The notes under the pieces were generated by a model. The model searched no databases. It worked only from the letters and a program-made list of their open reading frames with translations, and was not told the DNA's origin. The position numbers were made by a program, and so were the translations under genes. 64,000 bases of DNA from Podarcis erhardii (taxonomy: Eukaryota), in assembly GCA_964252035.1 (NCBI GenBank), contig OZ176215.1; one strand, 5' to 3'. Positions 63,119 through 64,000 of this stretch are shown piece by piece. Position 1 is the first letter of the stretch. Each line of letters opens with the position of its first letter.

Positions 63119-64000
63119 TGATGAGGATGGACAAGCCTCCTCATCAGTTCAAGAATTTAACTTCAAGATGCTGTGCCCCCCAACATGCTGCAGACAAAGA
63201 AGGCAAGGGGAAAAAATCCAAAGCCATTTTTTGTCCACTGAAGACTGAACACTTCACTGCCCCTTCTAATTCAATACAATGCTGCTGCAGCCACTGTAGA
63301 ATTCATGGCACTTGCTAGGGGTAGAATCCAATTTGGTGCCACTACTCTCAACTTAACCGTGTAAAGATTTCTTGTTGAGCAATTGAATGTTCCCCCCTCC
63401 ATGTGAACACCCACTAAATGTTGTCTGTTCCTCCGACCCCCTGGAAGAGTTCTGCGGAAAGCACAAGGGAGGCGACGCAGCAGTTGAATAGGTTTTCAGC
63501 AAAAGACATTTCAACAGCACTGTGTGCCCTTAATTCCCCAAGTGAAGCAAGCAAAGGGCTTGCCAGTGAAGCAAGCAAAGGGCTTCAGGAACTGCACAGG
63601 ACTGCTGAGTAAAGCCCTAGACTTGTCAACACAATACAATGAGGTTGGGCAGGCACTACCCTGGCCAACGCCTCCTGGCCCAATCCCAAATTACACAACA
63701 GTGGGATTAACAGCTGCCGCTTCCACAAGAAAACCTGCTTTGTAAAGAGAGCCAGGATACTGGACAAATTGATTACGGTGAAGTTGGCATCGTGATAGCT
63801 CGTGTGGCAAAATGGCTCCAAAGACTGCTGTGAATCAGGGAGCCTCCTGCTTCAGTTCCACCAGCAATGAGCAGACAGCAGAACACTGTCCCCCTAAGCA
63901 GGAGGGCACATAACAGGGTGATATTATGGCTGTTCAGGATAGAAAGAGAATACAAAGGAATATACTTAAGCCTTATTTGAAGTATCACTAGTAGTGGAAT

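Noticed and set aside
63541-63585. 21-bp direct repeat at 24-bp spacing (a similar 23-bp repeat occurs at 26387-26437)
   Set aside because: Two-copy local slippage duplications with no further structure; not CRISPR-like.
60250-64000. Possible 3' end of SPPL3, expected downstream by human synteny
   Set aside because: No SPPL3-like coding exon recognised in any frame.

Overview
Vertebrate genomic DNA, most likely a lacertid lizard (Sauria SINEs, Bov-B, lizard-type L1/L2/CR1, Penelope remnants, Tc1/mariner and hAT MITEs). Three complete + strand genes lie in the same order as on human 12q24.31: MLEC (5 exons, 295 aa, CDS 7420-20616), UNC119B (5 exons, 236 aa, CDS 32202-38457) and ACADS (10 exons, 413 aa, CDS 43929-58839). 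All introns are GT-AG and exon phases join into intact frames. The most unusual object is a 2.2-kb insertion (28373-30587) between MLEC and UNC119B, bounded by a perfect 19-bp target-site duplication. It has an inverted (twin-priming-like) structure and carries an ATG-initiated 211-codon ORF that I do not recognise as L1 ORF1 or ORF2. Undoing the inversion reconstructs a roughly 2.2-kb single-ORF, probably non-autonomous, L1-dependent element. Other points of interest: a second 5'-inverted L1 insertion, a minimal hammerhead ribozyme in a Penelope remnant, a 93-bp Penelope hairpin, two local templated insertions, nested transposon stacks, and GTGCCTT (miR-124 seed) matches downstream of all three stop codons. 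All repeat names come from pattern recognition, not database searches.
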